From: an uncultured Actinomycetales bacterium
GTDB taxonomy: Bacteria; Actinomycetota; Actinomycetes; CAXTBU01
Direction: 5' to 3'
Assembly: GCA_964242885.1 (NCBI GenBank)
Contig: CAXTBU010000012.1
Coordinates: 1-52,772 of the forward strand
DNA length: 52,772 nt
This document shows, in pieces, positions 52,085-52,772 of this stretch. The notes beneath the pieces were generated by a model. It saw only the letters and a list, made by a program, of their open reading frames with translations. It was not told the DNA's origin and made no database searches. The position numbers were made by a program, and so were the translations under genes. Position 1 is the first letter of the stretch; every line of letters starts with the position of its first letter.

Positions 52085-52772
52085 GCCTGGGGCTCCGAGA
52101 GCCTGTTCGCGCACCGGTCGAGGACCCGGAGGTCGCGCGCCGCGCCGCCGGGCAGGAGCGGTTCTGCACCGACCTCGCCGCCGACCGCCACCGCACGGGG
52201 CGCCGCGGCACCGTCGTGCTGGTCGGCGACGACACCGACGTGCTCCGGCGGCGGCACCAGAGCGCCGCGCTGTGCCGGGTGGCCCGGGAGATGGTCGGCG
52301 CCGGGTTCGGGGTGCTGCTGCGCCGGCCGGCCGCGGTGTCCGCCGGCCCGGGCGTGGCCGCGGACCTTGTGCACGCGGTGGCCGTCGTCAGCGTGTCCCC
52401 GGACCTGGACCCGGCGGTGGTGCCGCGGACCGCGGTGTGCACCGCGTGGGTGCTGGACCGGCTCGACAGCTGGCGGGCGCACCGCCGGCTCGCCGTCTAC
52501 GACCGGATGGTGGCCGGCTCGGGGGTCGCCGCCGCGGTCGTGTCCGGGGTCGCCGGGCTGCCGGTGGGCATCGTGCTGCCCGCCCCGGACACCGCCGCGT
52601 TCACCCGGCGGCCCTCCGGGGTCGGCGTGCCGCGCGAGCTGGTGACCGTGGTCGCGACCGGCGACCTCGGCAAGGTGTCCGACGCGCTCCGGCCGGCCGC
52701 CGCCGCCGGCGTCCTGCGGGTGCACGCGCCGCGGGCCGCCGTCCCCGCCGCCCTGCGCGCCTGGGCCCGCCC
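52081..52772 (+). CDS. Hypothetical protein, 3' partial (open to window end)
   Basis: My own translation from GTG 52081 (GTGA overlap): VSLGLREPVRAPVEDPEVARRAAGQERFCTDLAADRH...VVLVGDDTDVLRRRH... No stop before 52772, so it is absent from the ORF track. Confidence 0.5.
   Translation, partial: MSLGLREPVRAPVEDPEVARRAAGQERFCTDLAADRHRTGRRGTVVLVGDDTDVLRRRHQSAALCRVAREMVGAGFGVLLRRPAAVSAGPGVAADLVHAVAVVSVSPDLDPAVVPRTAVCTAWVLDRLDSWRAHRRLAVYDRMVAGSGVAAAVVSGVAGLPVGIVLPAPDTAAFTRRPSGVGVPRELVTVVATGDLGKVSDALRPAAAAGVLRVHAPRAAVPAALRAWAR

Overview
This is a high-G+C, actinomycete-type chromosomal window with about 50 genes, densely coding on both strands. Many long ORFs in the supplied track are GC-driven shadow frames. 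The main landmark is a complete type I-G (formerly I-U) CRISPR-Cas locus on the minus strand, 4356..14425. Its order is csb1/cas7, csb2/cas5-6, cas3 (C-terminal HD), a small Cas8-like protein, a cas4/cas1 fusion, cas2, a ~180-nt leader, then 18 x 36-nt repeats with 17 spacers. The locus has three peculiarities. The cas4 part of cas4/cas1 is out of frame at a GCGCGC run. The trailer end of the array abuts a 5'-truncated, frameshifted ABC ATPase pseudogene. A perfect 16-bp inverted repeat carrying a CRISPR-repeat-like 13-mer sits in the ~340-nt region between the neighbouring gene's terminator hairpin and the operon. Left of the locus is a cassette of small-molecule-modifying enzymes. It includes a GNAT-APH fusion ORF that runs off the window and is absent from the ORF track. 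Right of the locus are ordinary metabolic and regulatory genes: SDR plus MmyB-like regulator, Dcp peptidase, phosphomutase, GH3, LpdA-like flavoprotein, a hydrolase/TetR operon, HAD/2-hydroxyacid DH/GlpD, DoxX plus MMPL, an ABC-2 transporter followed by two tandem HisKA_3 kinase/LuxR regulator pairs, AccA, and a GT2 cluster. These are interspersed with decay scars and short tandem repeats. The scars are a cupin pseudogene and convergent remnants of a class II aldolase and a RelA/SpoT-type alarmone synthetase in a lower-G+C patch. I saw no rRNA, tRNA, transposase or integrase, and no clearly novel multi-gene system. The most speculative lead is the repeat-like structured element upstream of the cas operon. 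All family assignments come from reading motifs by eye; no database search was run.
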